DNA of 64,000 nucleotides from an uncultured Gemmatimonadales bacterium (GCA_963695555.1 CAVOGR010000001.1:192001-256000), one strand, 5' to 3'; counted from the first letter of the stretch, positions 11,895 through 22,133 are shown. Numbers and translations: made by a program. The notes: a model not told the origin generated them from the sequence alone.

Positions 11895-12910
11895 AGATGG
11901 TTGCTTGGTGCTGAGGCGGAGTGTAACCGAACCGGCGGTAGGCAAGGGCGGTGGCACGCCGCCCGCGCGGGGTACGCTCGAGGAGCCCTTGCTGGATGAG
12001 GAACGGCTCGTAGACCTCTTCGAGCGTTCCGCATCCTCCCCGACGGCCACGGCGATGGTATTCACGCCCACCGGGCCGCCGCCGAATTTCTCGATGATCG
12101 TCTTGAGGATCCGGGAGTCCATGTCGTCGAGCCCGAACTCGTCGACGTTGAGTTGCGCCAGCGCGTCGGCCGCCACGGTCGCCGTGATGGCGCCGTCGGC
12201 ACGGACTTCGGCAAAGTCCCGCACCCGGCGAAGCAAGCGGTTGGCGACTCGTGGCGTGCCCCGGCTGCGTCGCGCCAATTCGACCGCACCGTCGTCATCG
12301 ATCGGGACCTCGAGAATCGACGCGGAGCGGTGGACGATACGCCGGAGGTCCTCGTCCGGGTAGAAATTCAGCCGCTCCACCAGGCCGAACCGCGCCCGCA
12401 TCGGCGGCGTCAGCAGTCCGAATCGGGTCGTGGCTCCGATCAGGGTGAAGCGCTCGAGCGCCATGGGAATGCGTCTGCGCGTTGGGGCCGTCGACGATCC
12501 GGACGTCTACCCGATAATCCTCCATGGCCGGATACAGAAATTCCTCGAGCTCCGGCCGCAGCCGGTGAATCTCGTCGATGAACAGCATGTCCCCCGGTCC
12601 GAGCGAGGTGAACAGGCCCACGAGGTCACCGGGCTTCTCGAGGATCGGGCCGACGTCGTCCGGACCTGGACGTCCATCTCCTTGGCCATCAGGATGGCCA
12701 AGGTCGTCTTCCCGAGGCCCGGCGGGCCGAAGAACAACGTGTGATCGAGCGTGTCGCCACGCCCGCGGGCGGCCTCGATCGCGATCTGCAGCGACTGCCT
12801 TGACGCGCTCCTGGCCGATGAACTCGTCCAGCCGCGACGGTCGGAGTGTCGCCTCGGCTCCCGACTCCTCGGGCAGTGCCGTCGGGTGTGGTGATCTCGA
12901 CTCTGGACAT
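11884..12910 (-). CDS. ruvB: Holliday junction branch migration helicase RuvB (several frameshifts)
   Basis: [75 protein letters not shown]. Confidence 0.95.
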
Positions 12911-13087
12911 CATCCGGCGAGCGTCGCGTCCCAGCGAACCGGCCGAGACCCCGGGTGTACGAGGTGCTTGGCCTTGCAGTGAGACACATCGATCGAGAAA
13001 CTCACCGGTGCTCATCGGCACCAGTTTTCGGTTGGTAGATCCGCATCGGGTGCAATTCCACTCCGCCGTCGCTCCAGGAACCGTCAT
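12910..13087 (-). CDS. Small putative zinc-ribbon protein (~58 aa after removing one base near 12983)
   Basis: [61 protein letters not shown] overlaps ruvA TGA and TGA overlaps ruvB ATG. Confidence 0.65.
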
Positions 13088-13689
13088 ACGTGGGTCTTCC
13101 TCGGGTTGGTGAGTTGCTGAAGCGCGAGGCGGACGATTTGCGCGGTGTTCTCCCCGCCAATTGTCGCGACAACCTCCCGCACGGCAGATTCGGCCGCCGC
13201 TGGGGAATACCCCAGTGCGGTGAGCGCTCGAACGGCGGCATCCGGGCCCTGCTGGCGCGCGATCGTCGTGTCCACCCGGACGTCCTTGAACTTGTCTTGG
13301 AGCTCGAGGACCAGACGCTCGGCCTTCTTCTTGCCGATGCCGTTGACCGTGCTGAGCGCCGCGATGTCCCGATCCTGAATGCTCAGCACGGTTCGCTCGG
13401 GACCCAATGCGACGACAGCACCGCAAGCGCCAGCCGCGGGCCGAATCCGCTGGCGCCGAGGAGCCGTTGGAAGATCAGACGCTCACTGGCCTGGTCGAAC
13501 CCATAGAGGGCCCACCCGTCTTCCCGGACGACGAGTTCGGTGAATAGACTGATCCGGCTGCCCAGGGCAGGCAGGCGCTCGATGCACGCCGAGGGGGACG
13601 GTCACGGCATATCCGACGCCGCCGTTGGTCTGGACGATCAGCGTGTCGCCGCTCCGCTCCGCGAGTGTGCCCGTGAGAGTTGCGATCAC
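13084..13689 (-). CDS. ruvA: Holliday junction branch migration protein RuvA (frameshifted)
   Basis: VIATLTG..GGVGYAV, LVVRED..LYGF, LSTVNGIGKKKAERLVLEL, AVRALTALGYS. Confidence 0.93.
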
Positions 13690-14199
13690 CGGGTGCCTAC
13701 CAGGGCGCTGCGTCCGGGTCTGGTGCCCCCGATCCGCAGCAGGTGGGTCAGGGCAAGTGCCACCCCGTCGGCCGCGTCGGCCGGGGTTGGGGCAGCCCGC
13801 AAGCGCAGGAGCTGGGCGACCATGTAACCGACTTGGGCCTTGGCCGCGCGCCCGTTGCCAACCACCGTCCGCTTGACGGTCGCCGGCGCATACTCGGCGA
13901 CCGGAACCCCGGCCTGTTCCGCCGCCAGGAGAATGACGCCCCGCGCATGACCGAGCACCACCGTGGTACGGACATTCTTGCCGTTGAAGATGCCCTCGAG
14001 TGCGACCGCGTCGGGCGTGATGCTTGTCCAGGAGTTCGGTTACGCCTTGGTGAATCGCATGCAGCCGCTCCGCCAGCGAGGCCCGGGCGGTCGGTCGAAG
14101 CACACCGCACTCGGTCAGTTGTGCCTGACGTCCCGGGTGTCCGTCGATCACGCCGTAGCCGACGACGGCGGTACCGGGATCGATGCCCAGGATCTTCAC
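13686..14199 (-). CDS. ruvC: Crossover junction endodeoxyribonuclease RuvC (frameshifted)
   Basis: ILGIDPGT..GYGVI, LGHARGVI, EYAPATVKRTVVGNGRA.K.QV, DAADGVALA. Confidence 0.95.
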
Positions 14200-14212
14200 T
14201 GCACCGAGCCAG

Positions 14213-14962
14213 TCAGCGGGAGACCTCGGCCATGGTTTCGGCGTCGATGTCGAAGTTCGAGAATACCCGGGACACGTCGTCTAGTTCTTCCAAGACCTCG
14301 ATGAGTCGGAGCAACTGTTCCGCCTCCTTGCCTTCGACCTGAACCGTGTTCTGCGGTATCATCGCCAGTTCGACCTCCATGGCATCGATGCCCTTGGCCT
14401 TGAGTCGATCCTGGACGGCATGAAATTCGGTTGGAGAGGCCGTGACCACATGCTGATCGCCGTCCCGCTGGAAGTCGTCTGCCCCGGCTTCCAGGGCAGC
14501 CTCGAGCGCCGCCTCCTCGTTGTAGGCCTCGGCGTCCAGGTAGATCAATCCCTTGCGATCGAACATCCATGCCACCGAGTTGGCGCTGCCGAGGTTGCCG
14601 CCGTTGCGGCTGAAGGCGTGCCGGACCTCCGCGACGGTCCGGTTCGGGTTGTCAGTGGTGCCTTCCACGAAGATCGCGGCGCCACCCGGACCGTAGCCTT
14701 CGTAGGCGAAGTCCTCCAGCTGAGTGCCCTCCAGCTCGCCCGTTCCCTTTTTGATGGCACGGTCGATGTTGTCGTTGGGCATGTTGACCGCCCGCGCGGC
14801 CTCCATCGCCGTGCGTAGCCGCGGGTTTCCCGCCGGATCGCCGCCGCCCGCGCGAGCCGCCACGGTGATTTCGCGGATCACTTTGGTCCAGGCCGACGCC
14901 CGCCGCTGGTCGGTGAGCGCCTTCTTGTGCTTGATTTGTTTCCACTTGCTGTGGCCGGCCAT
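14213..14962 (-). CDS. yebC: YebC/PmpR family protein
   Basis: MAGHSKWKQIKHKK, NPRLR, YEGYGPGG, TDNPNRT, LEELDDVSRVFSN. Confidence 0.96.
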   Translation of the reverse strand: MAGHSKWKQIKHKKALTDQRRASAWTKVIREITVAARAGGGDPAGNPRLRTAMEAARAVNMPNDNIDRAIKKGTGELEGTQLEDFAYEGYGPGGAAIFVEGTTDNPNRTVAEVRHAFSRNGGNLGSANSVAWMFDRKGLIYLDAEAYNEEAALEAALEAGADDFQRDGDQHVVTASPTEFHAVQDRLKAKGIDAMEVELAMIPQNTVQVEGKEAEQLLRLIEVLEELDDVSRVFSNFDIDAETMAEVSR

Positions 14963-15026
14963 GGCCAACTCCTTCGCCAGCATAGGTTTTGAGGTCCGGC
15001 CGCGCCGTGCCCGAGAACCGCCGTGA

Positions 15027-15056
15027 ACAATAGCCGGAAGGCTCGAGAATGGGCAA
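15027..15056 (-). promoter_or_regulatory. Candidate sigma70 promoter for the yebC-ruvCAB run
   Basis: TTGCCC-N18-TATTGT on the minus strand about 65 nt upstream of yebC ATG. Confidence 0.4.
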
Positions 15057-15100
15057 CGCGTCGGCTTGCGGCACTCGAATCGAGCGACTAAGCTCCTCGC

Positions 15101-15544
15101 GTGCAATACCGAACGATTCTCGTTGCCATGCTGGCCCTAGCCGCCTGCAAGCCGGAAGTCCGAGAGAAGACGCCCGAGCTGTTTGAGGCTCTCCCGGGGA
15201 TTCCCATCCCGCCTGCTTCCCAGCTCATGGGCCGCGCCGGATCGTCGGACGCACTCCAACTCTCCTTCCGAAGCGAGTGGACCGAAGCCGACCTCTTGGT
15301 CTACTACCGACGGCTGTTTGCCCGGGCGCCGTGGAAACTCGTGAGCGACGTCCGTGACCGTGACGGTGCGGCGGTCCTCTACGCCGAGCGCGATGGCCCT
15401 CCGATTTGGGTTCGAATCCACAAGGCCACCGGCGCAACCGGTGTCGCGGTGGAAATCTCAGGAGCCGTTATCGGCTCGTCAGGGCCGCCGGCCCGCTCGA
15501 GCGCTCGCGATTCGGCCGCGGCCGATACCTCCTCGGGGGACTAG
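15101..15544 (+). CDS. Hypothetical lipoprotein
   Basis: Signal peptide ending in lipobox LAAC; small soluble domain. Confidence 0.7.
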   Translation: MQYRTILVAMLALAACKPEVREKTPELFEALPGIPIPPASQLMGRAGSSDALQLSFRSEWTEADLLVYYRRLFARAPWKLVSDVRDRDGAAVLYAERDGPPIWVRIHKATGATGVAVEISGAVIGSSGPPARSSARDSAAADTSSGD

Positions 15545-15960
15545 CTTCCCTCTCTCCGTCGCGCGGCGCATTGCTCCGCGGTTTCGACGGCCTCCCGGAC
15601 AATCTCTTTCACGGCCTGGCCCAGCGTGTCGCCCGCCGGGGCGACCAGCTGGCGAAGCACCCGAGCAGCGGTATCGGGCGCCGGATCCTTCAAGTCGGCC
15701 ATCGCTCCGGCCAGGGCCCGGCGGAGGGGGGGTGGCAAGGTCAGGCTCGAGATCCGCCGTTCCAACGCGGCGATCCGGCGGCGGTGTGCTCGCTCGGGCA
15801 GCGCCGGTTCCAAACACAGGTCCAGCGCCGTCCGGAGGGTCAGCCAGAGGGCGAACGCACCCTGCCGTTTAGGGCCCCTCGCGCTTCTTGCTAGCACGTC
15901 GACGAGGGCCAGGCAGGGAGGCCATTCGTGGGTATTTCGCTCCGGAATTGTCACAGCCAT
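15541..15960 (-). CDS. Hypothetical helical protein
   Basis: ATG at 15960 overlaps the 3' end of the GT9 gene; natural-looking helical sequence (AFALWLTLRTALD..RRRIAALERRISSLTLPPPLRRAL). Confidence 0.6.
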   Translation of the reverse strand: MAVTIPERNTHEWPPCLALVDVLARSARGPKRQGAFALWLTLRTALDLCLEPALPERAHRRRIAALERRISSLTLPPPLRRALAGAMADLKDPAPDTAARVLRQLVAPAGDTLGQAVKEIVREAVETAEQCAARRREGS

Positions 15961-16976
15961 TGGTCGAGCGCTTGCCGTACGGTCTGCGGTTGAATGTCGC
16001 GCAAGCATCGGTGATGGCCAAGAGGGCAGCGTGGCCCGCCCTCCACGGAGCACGGGCGGCACGCGAGGTCGTGCTCCAACACGGCACTCGGAGCGCCATA
16101 CGGCTGGAAGCCGAACTGCCGAACCGTGGGGCCGAAAAGCGCCACCACCGGCGTTCGGACGGCCGTCGCCATGTGCATATGCCCGTTCTCGCCGGTGACG
16201 AGTGCCCGAGCGCGTGCAATGAGGGCCCCCGATCGCTGGAGGCCGAAGGTGCCTGCCACGCTCTTCGACCGGGCCCCGCCTGACGCGGCAATCGTCTCGC
16301 ACGCCGCCGCATCCTCGGGCTCCCCAATGAGCACCGAGTCAATTTCCTCCGCCGCAAGCTGGCGCACCAGGGTAACCCAATGGGGCACGGGCCAGCACTT
16401 GGTTTCGCTGCCTGACCGCGGCGACAGGGCCACCAAGGGCCGAGTTCCGTCGAGGCTGTTGTCGTGGAGCCAGCGGTCGGCGTGGCGGTGCGCGTCATCG
16501 CTCAGGGCAAACTCCGCCGGTTTCCCGTCCGGAGTCACCTCGAGGGCGCGGGCGGCCTCGAAGTACCGCTCTGCGACCGGCGGCGCCGTGCGAGCGTAGC
16601 GATCCCGTTTGAACCGGACGAGGATGCCGCTGGCTAACCGGCGCTTGGAATAGCCTGACCAGTTGCCTGGCGCCATCGTTTTCAGAAGCCGAGTCCGCAT
16701 ATCCCCCTGGAGATCGAGCTTGTGCGTGTAGCGGGTGTGGCGGATCTCCTGGGCCAGATGGGTGAGCGATGTTCCGTCCCGGAGTTCCAGGATGCGGTCG
16801 ATTCTAGGGTTGTCGCTCAAGAGGGGGCGGAATATCCGTTCGGTGAGAACGGTCAGATGGCATTCCGGGTACCGTGTGCGAATGGCACGCACGAGGGGCG
16901 TGATGAGGAGGATGTCCCCGGCGGAGCTGAATCGCACGATGAGAATGCGGCGTGTACGGAGCGGGGCATACGGCAC
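15951..16976 (-). CDS. Glycosyltransferase family 9 (LPS heptosyltransferase-like)
   Basis: ILIVRFSSAGDILL.TP, DLQG, K.WP, HMATAV.TPVVALFGPT, CRPC..CPLGHHRC. Confidence 0.9.
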   Translation of the reverse strand: MPYAPLRTRRILIVRFSSAGDILLITPLVRAIRTRYPECHLTVLTERIFRPLLSDNPRIDRILELRDGTSLTHLAQEIRHTRYTHKLDLQGDMRTRLLKTMAPGNWSGYSKRRLASGILVRFKRDRYARTAPPVAERYFEAARALEVTPDGKPAEFALSDDAHRHADRWLHDNSLDGTRPLVALSPRSGSETKCWPVPHWVTLVRQLAAEEIDSVLIGEPEDAAACETIAASGGARSKSVAGTFGLQRSGALIARARALVTGENGHMHMATAVRTPVVALFGPTVRQFGFQPYGAPSAVLEHDLACRPCSVEGGPRCPLGHHRCLRDIQPQTVRQALDQWL

Positions 16977-17054
16977 GGGCGGAATGTACCGGCCGTGGGG
17001 GGCCGCCGCCACCGCGTTGCTCCGCCGTTTGCGGGACGATTAGGTTTCCGCTCT

Positions 17055-18620
17055 ATGCCCCGACCGCGAAGTATCCTCTGGGTCGATGATGAGATCGAAA
17101 GCCTGACCTCACACATCCTGTTCCTCGAAGAGCAAGGGTTCCGGGTGGAGCCGGCCGCCAATGGGGACGACGCCCTGGTGTTGCTCCAGCGCCAGCCCTA
17201 TGGGGTCGTCCTATTGGACGAGCAGATGCCGGGGCGCCGCGGCCTGGAGTTGTTTCATATGATCCGCGGTATCGATGGCTCCATGCCGGTGGTCATGGTC
17301 ACGAAGAGCGAAGAGCAGGAAACCCTGCGGGATGCGATTGGAGCCGAGATCTCCGATTATCTCGTCAAGCCGGTCAATCCTCGGCAAGTGCTTTCGGTGG
17401 TCACGCGACTGCTCGAGGGTGACCGCATCCGGCAGCAGCGGCTCTCGCGTGATTTCACGACCCGATTTCGGGACCTCGAGGCGCGCCGGGGGACGGCGCT
17501 GGCCTGGCGCGAATGGGTCGAGTTGGTGGCGGAGCTGGCCGAATGGGAAGTGAAGCTCGCCCGGGCCGATGAGCCCGGACTCCAAGAAGCGCTCCGCACG
17601 CTGCAAGACTCGCTGCGGCAAGATTTCGCGCGGTTCCTTGCGGATCATTATGCGCAATGGCTCGATGGCACGGAGGACGATCGTCCCCCGTTGTCGGTGG
17701 ATGTGGGATCGGAGTTTCTGGCTCCGGTCCTACGCGATCGGGGACGCGCGCTCCTGGTTGTCGTGGATTGTCTCCGGCTCGACCAGTGGGCCGTGCTGCG
17801 CCCGCTGATTGGAACCCGCTTCGATATCGAGACGGCGCACTATTTCTCGATCGTACCCACGGCGACGCCGTACGCCCGGAATGCGATCTTCGGCGGCCTC
17901 TTTCCGGCCGAGCTTGCTGCCCGTCACCCGGACTGGTGGCGCATCAAGGATGACTCGGGGCTCAACGCCCACGAGGACGTCCTGTTGGCGGAACATCTCG
18001 CGACGTTGTTCGACAAGCCGGTTCCAGTGCGCTATGAGAAGGTCTTCACGGCTGGAGACGGCGAGGCGTTGTTGCGGCGCCTTCCCGCGCACTTGGCGCA
18101 GGATGGCGTGACCGCGCTGGTGTTCAATTTCGTCGATCAACTGACGCATGGCCGCACCGAAAACACCACCCTGTTCGAAGTGGCCCGCGACGCGCGAGCC
18201 CTCCGGGAATTGACCCGCACGTGGTTCGAGCGGTCGCCCCTCTGGGATGCGCTGTGCGAGGCGGAGCGGCGCAACGTTCCTGTGCTGTTGACCACCGATC
18301 ACGGTTCAATCCACTGCCACACTCCGGCCACGGTGTTTGCCAAGCGCGACGCCACCGCCCATCTCCGCTACAAATTCGGCGAGGACCTGCGCGTGGAGGA
18401 CCCGAACGCGGCACTGGTGATCGACGATCTCGAACGATACGGCCTGCCGCCTCGGTCGCCCAAGACGCGGCTGCTGCTTGCCACCGGAGACCGGTTCTTC
18501 GTCTACCCGACCAAGCTCCGTGAATACCAGGCCCGCTACCGAGGCGCATTCTTGCATGGCGGGGTCTCGCCGGAAGAGGTAGTGCTGCCCATCGCGCTGC
18601 TCACCCCGCGGCGGGCCTGA
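17055..18620 (+). CDS. PorX-like response regulator with C-terminal PglZ (alkaline phosphatase superfamily) domain
   Basis: Receiver ILWVDDE / LLDEQMPG / VTK / YLVKP; PglZ-type VDCLRLDQW, PTATPYARNAIF, NFVD..H, TTDHG, HGGVS.EE. Confidence 0.9.
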   Translation: MPRPRSILWVDDEIESLTSHILFLEEQGFRVEPAANGDDALVLLQRQPYGVVLLDEQMPGRRGLELFHMIRGIDGSMPVVMVTKSEEQETLRDAIGAEISDYLVKPVNPRQVLSVVTRLLEGDRIRQQRLSRDFTTRFRDLEARRGTALAWREWVELVAELAEWEVKLARADEPGLQEALRTLQDSLRQDFARFLADHYAQWLDGTEDDRPPLSVDVGSEFLAPVLRDRGRALLVVVDCLRLDQWAVLRPLIGTRFDIETAHYFSIVPTATPYARNAIFGGLFPAELAARHPDWWRIKDDSGLNAHEDVLLAEHLATLFDKPVPVRYEKVFTAGDGEALLRRLPAHLAQDGVTALVFNFVDQLTHGRTENTTLFEVARDARALRELTRTWFERSPLWDALCEAERRNVPVLLTTDHGSIHCHTPATVFAKRDATAHLRYKFGEDLRVEDPNAALVIDDLERYGLPPRSPKTRLLLATGDRFFVYPTKLREYQARYRGAFLHGGVSPEEVVLPIALLTPRRA

Positions 18621-18622
18621 GC

Positions 18623-20467
18623 GTGCGCGCCGAGCGCCGCCTCTTCCAGTATGTCGCTCCCCGGCGTGGCTGGTTCGCGCTGGCGCTCGCGACGGCATTC
18701 CTTGCCTCCTTGCTGGACGGCCTGACAATCGTACTCCTCATCCCGTTGCTCAAGTTCTTGTTCGGCACCGCCGGCGCGTTGGCGGCCGGCGCGCCGTCCC
18801 GGCTCGAGCACGCGGTCGACTGGGTCCTCAGTCCGATTCTGTCCGGGGCGACACGGGGCCAGGCCGCCGCGCGCGTGCTCGGCCTCTTGGTTGCCGGTCT
18901 GATAGTGAAGAACGCGCTCAGCTATGCGGCGCGGCAGATTCAGGTCGCAATCCAAGAGAGCCTGGTGCGGGATCTTCGTGTCGACATGTTCGACCACCTG
19001 CTGCGGCTGGATCTCGATTATTTCCAGCGCACCCGGGCAGGGCAGCTCATTTCCTCCCTGATCGTCGATGTGGATCAGGTCAAGAGCGTGGTGACCGCGA
19101 CCCTGGCGAGCTTTTTTCAAAACGGCGTGGTCATCATTGTCATCCTGATCATTTTGAGCCAGATCTCGTGGCGTTTGACCCTGCTGGTGCTCGCGGCGGC
19201 GCCGATTTTGGTGCTGGGAATGCGGCAATTGCTGCGGCGCTTGCGGCGCCATTCGCGGGCGCGGGCGGATGAGCGCGGCGCCATCACGGCGACGGTCGCG
19301 GAGCGGGTTGGCGCGATCAAGCTGATCCGGGCCTACGGCGAGGAAGCCGGGGAGCTGGAGCGCTTTCGCCGGCAGAGCCATGATTATCGCAAGAGGGTCA
19401 TCCGCACCCAGCGATTCTCGTCACTGATGAGCCCGGTCAGCGAGATGTTCGGGGGGCTCCTCATCATTCTCATCGTCTTCGTGGCCATGCGTCCGGGGCT
19501 CATCGGCGGCAATCCGATGACGCCGGAGGCGATCGTGGTGTTTCTGGTCGCGGCGCTTCGGGTGATGTCTCCCATCAAGAAGATCGCCGAGTTTCCCGCC
19601 GCATTGGCTGTGGCGTTGGCGAGCGCCGAGCGGGTGTTCGATCTCTTGGATCAACCGGAACGCGAGCGAGACCGGCCGGGCGAACGGGAAGCGCGGTTCA
19701 CGCGGGAGATCCGCTACGAGGGTGTCTCGTTCAGCTATGGGGCCGGGCCGCCGGTGCTGGACCGAGTGTCCCTGACGATCCCGAAGGGTGACGTCGTGGC
19801 CATCGTCGGACCATCGGGAGCCGGAAAGACCACGCTGGTGGATCTCCTGCCGCGCTTTCACGATCCGTCCACCGGCCGCATCCTCGTCGATGATGTGCCG
19901 GCCACCGAACTCACGCGCAGCTCGCTTCGGCGGCTCCTGGGAGTGGTGGGTCAGGAGACCATCCTGTTGAACGACACGGTGCACGCCAACATTACGTTCG
20001 GTACATCGGATGCCTCGCGGGCGCAGGTGGAACAGGCCGCCGCTGCCGCCAATGCCGACGAGTTCATCCGGCAGCTCCCCGAGCGGTACGACACCATGCT
20101 CGGTGAGCGTGGTACCCGGCTGTCAGGCGGCCAACGCCAGCGGATTGCCATCGCCCGCGCCCTGCTCCGCGACCCGCCCATTCTCATTCTGGATGAGGCC
20201 ACGAGCGCCCTCGATCCGGTCTCCGAGCGCTTAGTCCAGGAGGCCATCGAGCGGCTGGTGCGGGACCGGACGGTGTTGGTCATTGCGCACCGCCTCTCCA
20301 CGGTGCGCCATGCAGATGAGATCGTCGTGCTCAATGAGGGACAGGTCATCGAGCGTGGCGATCACGCCGCCTTGTACCATGAAGGGGGGCTCTACCGGCG
20401 GCTGTACGACCTCCAGTTTCATGACGAGCCGATGGCGGCGCACCCATCGCCCGGATCGGTTGACTAG
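18623..20467 (+). CDS. MsbA-like ABC exporter (TMD + NBD)
   Basis: Multi-TM N-terminus, GPSGAGKT, LSGGQRQR, ILDEATSALD, IAHRLST. Confidence 0.92.
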   Translation: MRAERRLFQYVAPRRGWFALALATAFLASLLDGLTIVLLIPLLKFLFGTAGALAAGAPSRLEHAVDWVLSPILSGATRGQAAARVLGLLVAGLIVKNALSYAARQIQVAIQESLVRDLRVDMFDHLLRLDLDYFQRTRAGQLISSLIVDVDQVKSVVTATLASFFQNGVVIIVILIILSQISWRLTLLVLAAAPILVLGMRQLLRRLRRHSRARADERGAITATVAERVGAIKLIRAYGEEAGELERFRRQSHDYRKRVIRTQRFSSLMSPVSEMFGGLLIILIVFVAMRPGLIGGNPMTPEAIVVFLVAALRVMSPIKKIAEFPAALAVALASAERVFDLLDQPERERDRPGEREARFTREIRYEGVSFSYGAGPPVLDRVSLTIPKGDVVAIVGPSGAGKTTLVDLLPRFHDPSTGRILVDDVPATELTRSSLRRLLGVVGQETILLNDTVHANITFGTSDASRAQVEQAAAAANADEFIRQLPERYDTMLGERGTRLSGGQRQRIAIARALLRDPPILILDEATSALDPVSERLVQEAIERLVRDRTVLVIAHRLSTVRHADEIVVLNEGQVIERGDHAALYHEGGLYRRLYDLQFHDEPMAAHPSPGSVD

Positions 20468-20472
20468 CCCAC

Positions 20473-21465
20473 ATGGGAGAGTCCACCGCCGGCCTCCGCG
20501 TTCTCTTCATCAGTCCGTTCGACCAGGCCCGGTACTCACACGCCGCGCTCATGCAGCGGGCCCTCGAGCGCCTCGGCTGCCGGGTTAGCCCGCTCGACCT
20601 CCTGGCGATCGCTCCGTGGTGGCGCCGGCTCCGTCGCGAGCGGGTGGAGGACCGGGTCCAGCGGGCGATCGCAGCGGTGTCCCCTGACGTCGTTCTCGCG
20701 ATCGGCGCCGATCACTTGAGCGCGCTTGCCGTGCATGCCTTGCGGGATGCGACGGAGGCGTTGTGGGTGAACTGGATTCCCGACACCGAGACGCCGCTGG
20801 AAACGTGTGAGCACGCAGCCTCGGCGTACGATCATCTCTTCGTGTCGGCCAGCGAACTCGCGGCCCACCTCGTGGAATCGACCGGCACGACCGTGAGCTT
20901 CCTGGCCCCAGCGTGCGATCCCTCGGTGCATCGGCCGCTCCGGGCGCGGGATCAGTTTCGCGCGAATGTCGTCTTTGCCGGTACGGCGACGCCGAGGCGC
21001 GAAGAGCTGCTCACGGAGCTGGTGGAGTTCGGGTTGGCCCTCTGGGGGCCCGGCTGGCGGAAGACCAGCCTCAGGGATTATTGCCGCGGCGAGTTGGTCG
21101 AAGTGCAGGACTACGTCCGGGCATACGCCGGGGCGAGCGTGGGGGTCAACATCCACCATGACGCGGCACCCGCCGCGGGTGGTGGGTGTAATGCGCGGGT
21201 GTTCGAGCTCGCCGCGATTGGCACGGCGCAGGTCGTCGACGATCGGGCCGATTTGCCGCTCCACTTCGCCGTGGGAAGCGACATGGTCGCGTTTCGCACG
21301 GTCGAGGAGATGCGCACCGCCGTGCGGGAGCTGCTGCATGAGCATCGCCTCGCGGGTGAGATGGGGCGGGAAGCCCGCCGCAAGGCCCTCGCGAGCCATA
21401 CCTACATGCACCGCATGCTCACGCTCCTCTCGGCGCTCAAGTCGAAGTTGCCGGCGAGGGCCTGA
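20473..21465 (+). CDS. CgeB-like / Glyco_trans_1_2 glycosyltransferase
   Basis: ACDP..H.P, VVFAG..RR, WGPGW, YAGASVGVNIH, NARVFE, HTY.HR. Confidence 0.8.
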   Translation: MGESTAGLRVLFISPFDQARYSHAALMQRALERLGCRVSPLDLLAIAPWWRRLRRERVEDRVQRAIAAVSPDVVLAIGADHLSALAVHALRDATEALWVNWIPDTETPLETCEHAASAYDHLFVSASELAAHLVESTGTTVSFLAPACDPSVHRPLRARDQFRANVVFAGTATPRREELLTELVEFGLALWGPGWRKTSLRDYCRGELVEVQDYVRAYAGASVGVNIHHDAAPAAGGGCNARVFELAAIGTAQVVDDRADLPLHFAVGSDMVAFRTVEEMRTAVRELLHEHRLAGEMGREARRKALASHTYMHRMLTLLSALKSKLPARA

Positions 21466-21494
21466 CGGGGTGTGGCGCGGAACGCCCATCAGCC

Positions 21495-22133
21495 TCATGC
21501 CGTCCGCGCAGGAGAGAGAGGCGTAACCTCGAAGACAAAGATTGCTGCGCCGCGTTGACGGACCGGAATCACGTTGCGCAGCGGCGTCCGGTAGTAGCGG
21601 GAAATCTCGACCCGGCCCCAGGGCGCGAGCGCGGCTCTGAGCGAATGGACATCATAGGCACGTTTGTGGTCGGGATCCCAAGAATGGTGACCCACCGGCG
21701 TCGTGCCAACGAGGCCGCCGCCGGGGGCGAGGAATGTGGTGCGCGTGCCGGCAAACGCACGGTCGTCCGGTATGTGTTCGATCACCTCGCAGCAGAACAC
21801 GACGTCGAACTGACCGGGGTCTGGCTGGGTCGCGGCAAACGCCGGCCGACCGGTCCCTTGGGTCCAGGCGCGAGCCTGGGCGATTACTGCCGGGGCAATG
21901 TCGTAGCCCGTGACGTGTGCTACCGCGCGCTGAAGGGCAATGGTGAAGACACCATCCATACACCCGAAGTCCAAAACGCGTTTGCTCCGCGTTGGATAGC
22001 GACGGAGGAGCACGTGATGGCGCCACAGAAGATGACGAAGTCGCCACTCGAAATCGCCGGCGGAGGGCCCAAGGCGCTCCCGCCAACGCTAGTACTGGCG
22101 GTCGTACTCACGGGAGAGGATAGTCGCGTCCAT
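21495..22133 (-). CDS. Class I SAM-dependent methyltransferase with an in-frame TAG at codon 15 (possible pseudogene or base-call error)
   Basis: VLDFGCMDG, GYDIA, FDVVFCCEVIEH, TTP; an upstream ATG at 22133 is in frame but followed by TAG at 22091-22089. Confidence 0.75.

Noticed and set aside
17055..18620. BREX defence system (PglZ)
   Set aside because: PglZ is fused to a receiver domain (PorX type), and no brxC, pglX or brxL genes are nearby.
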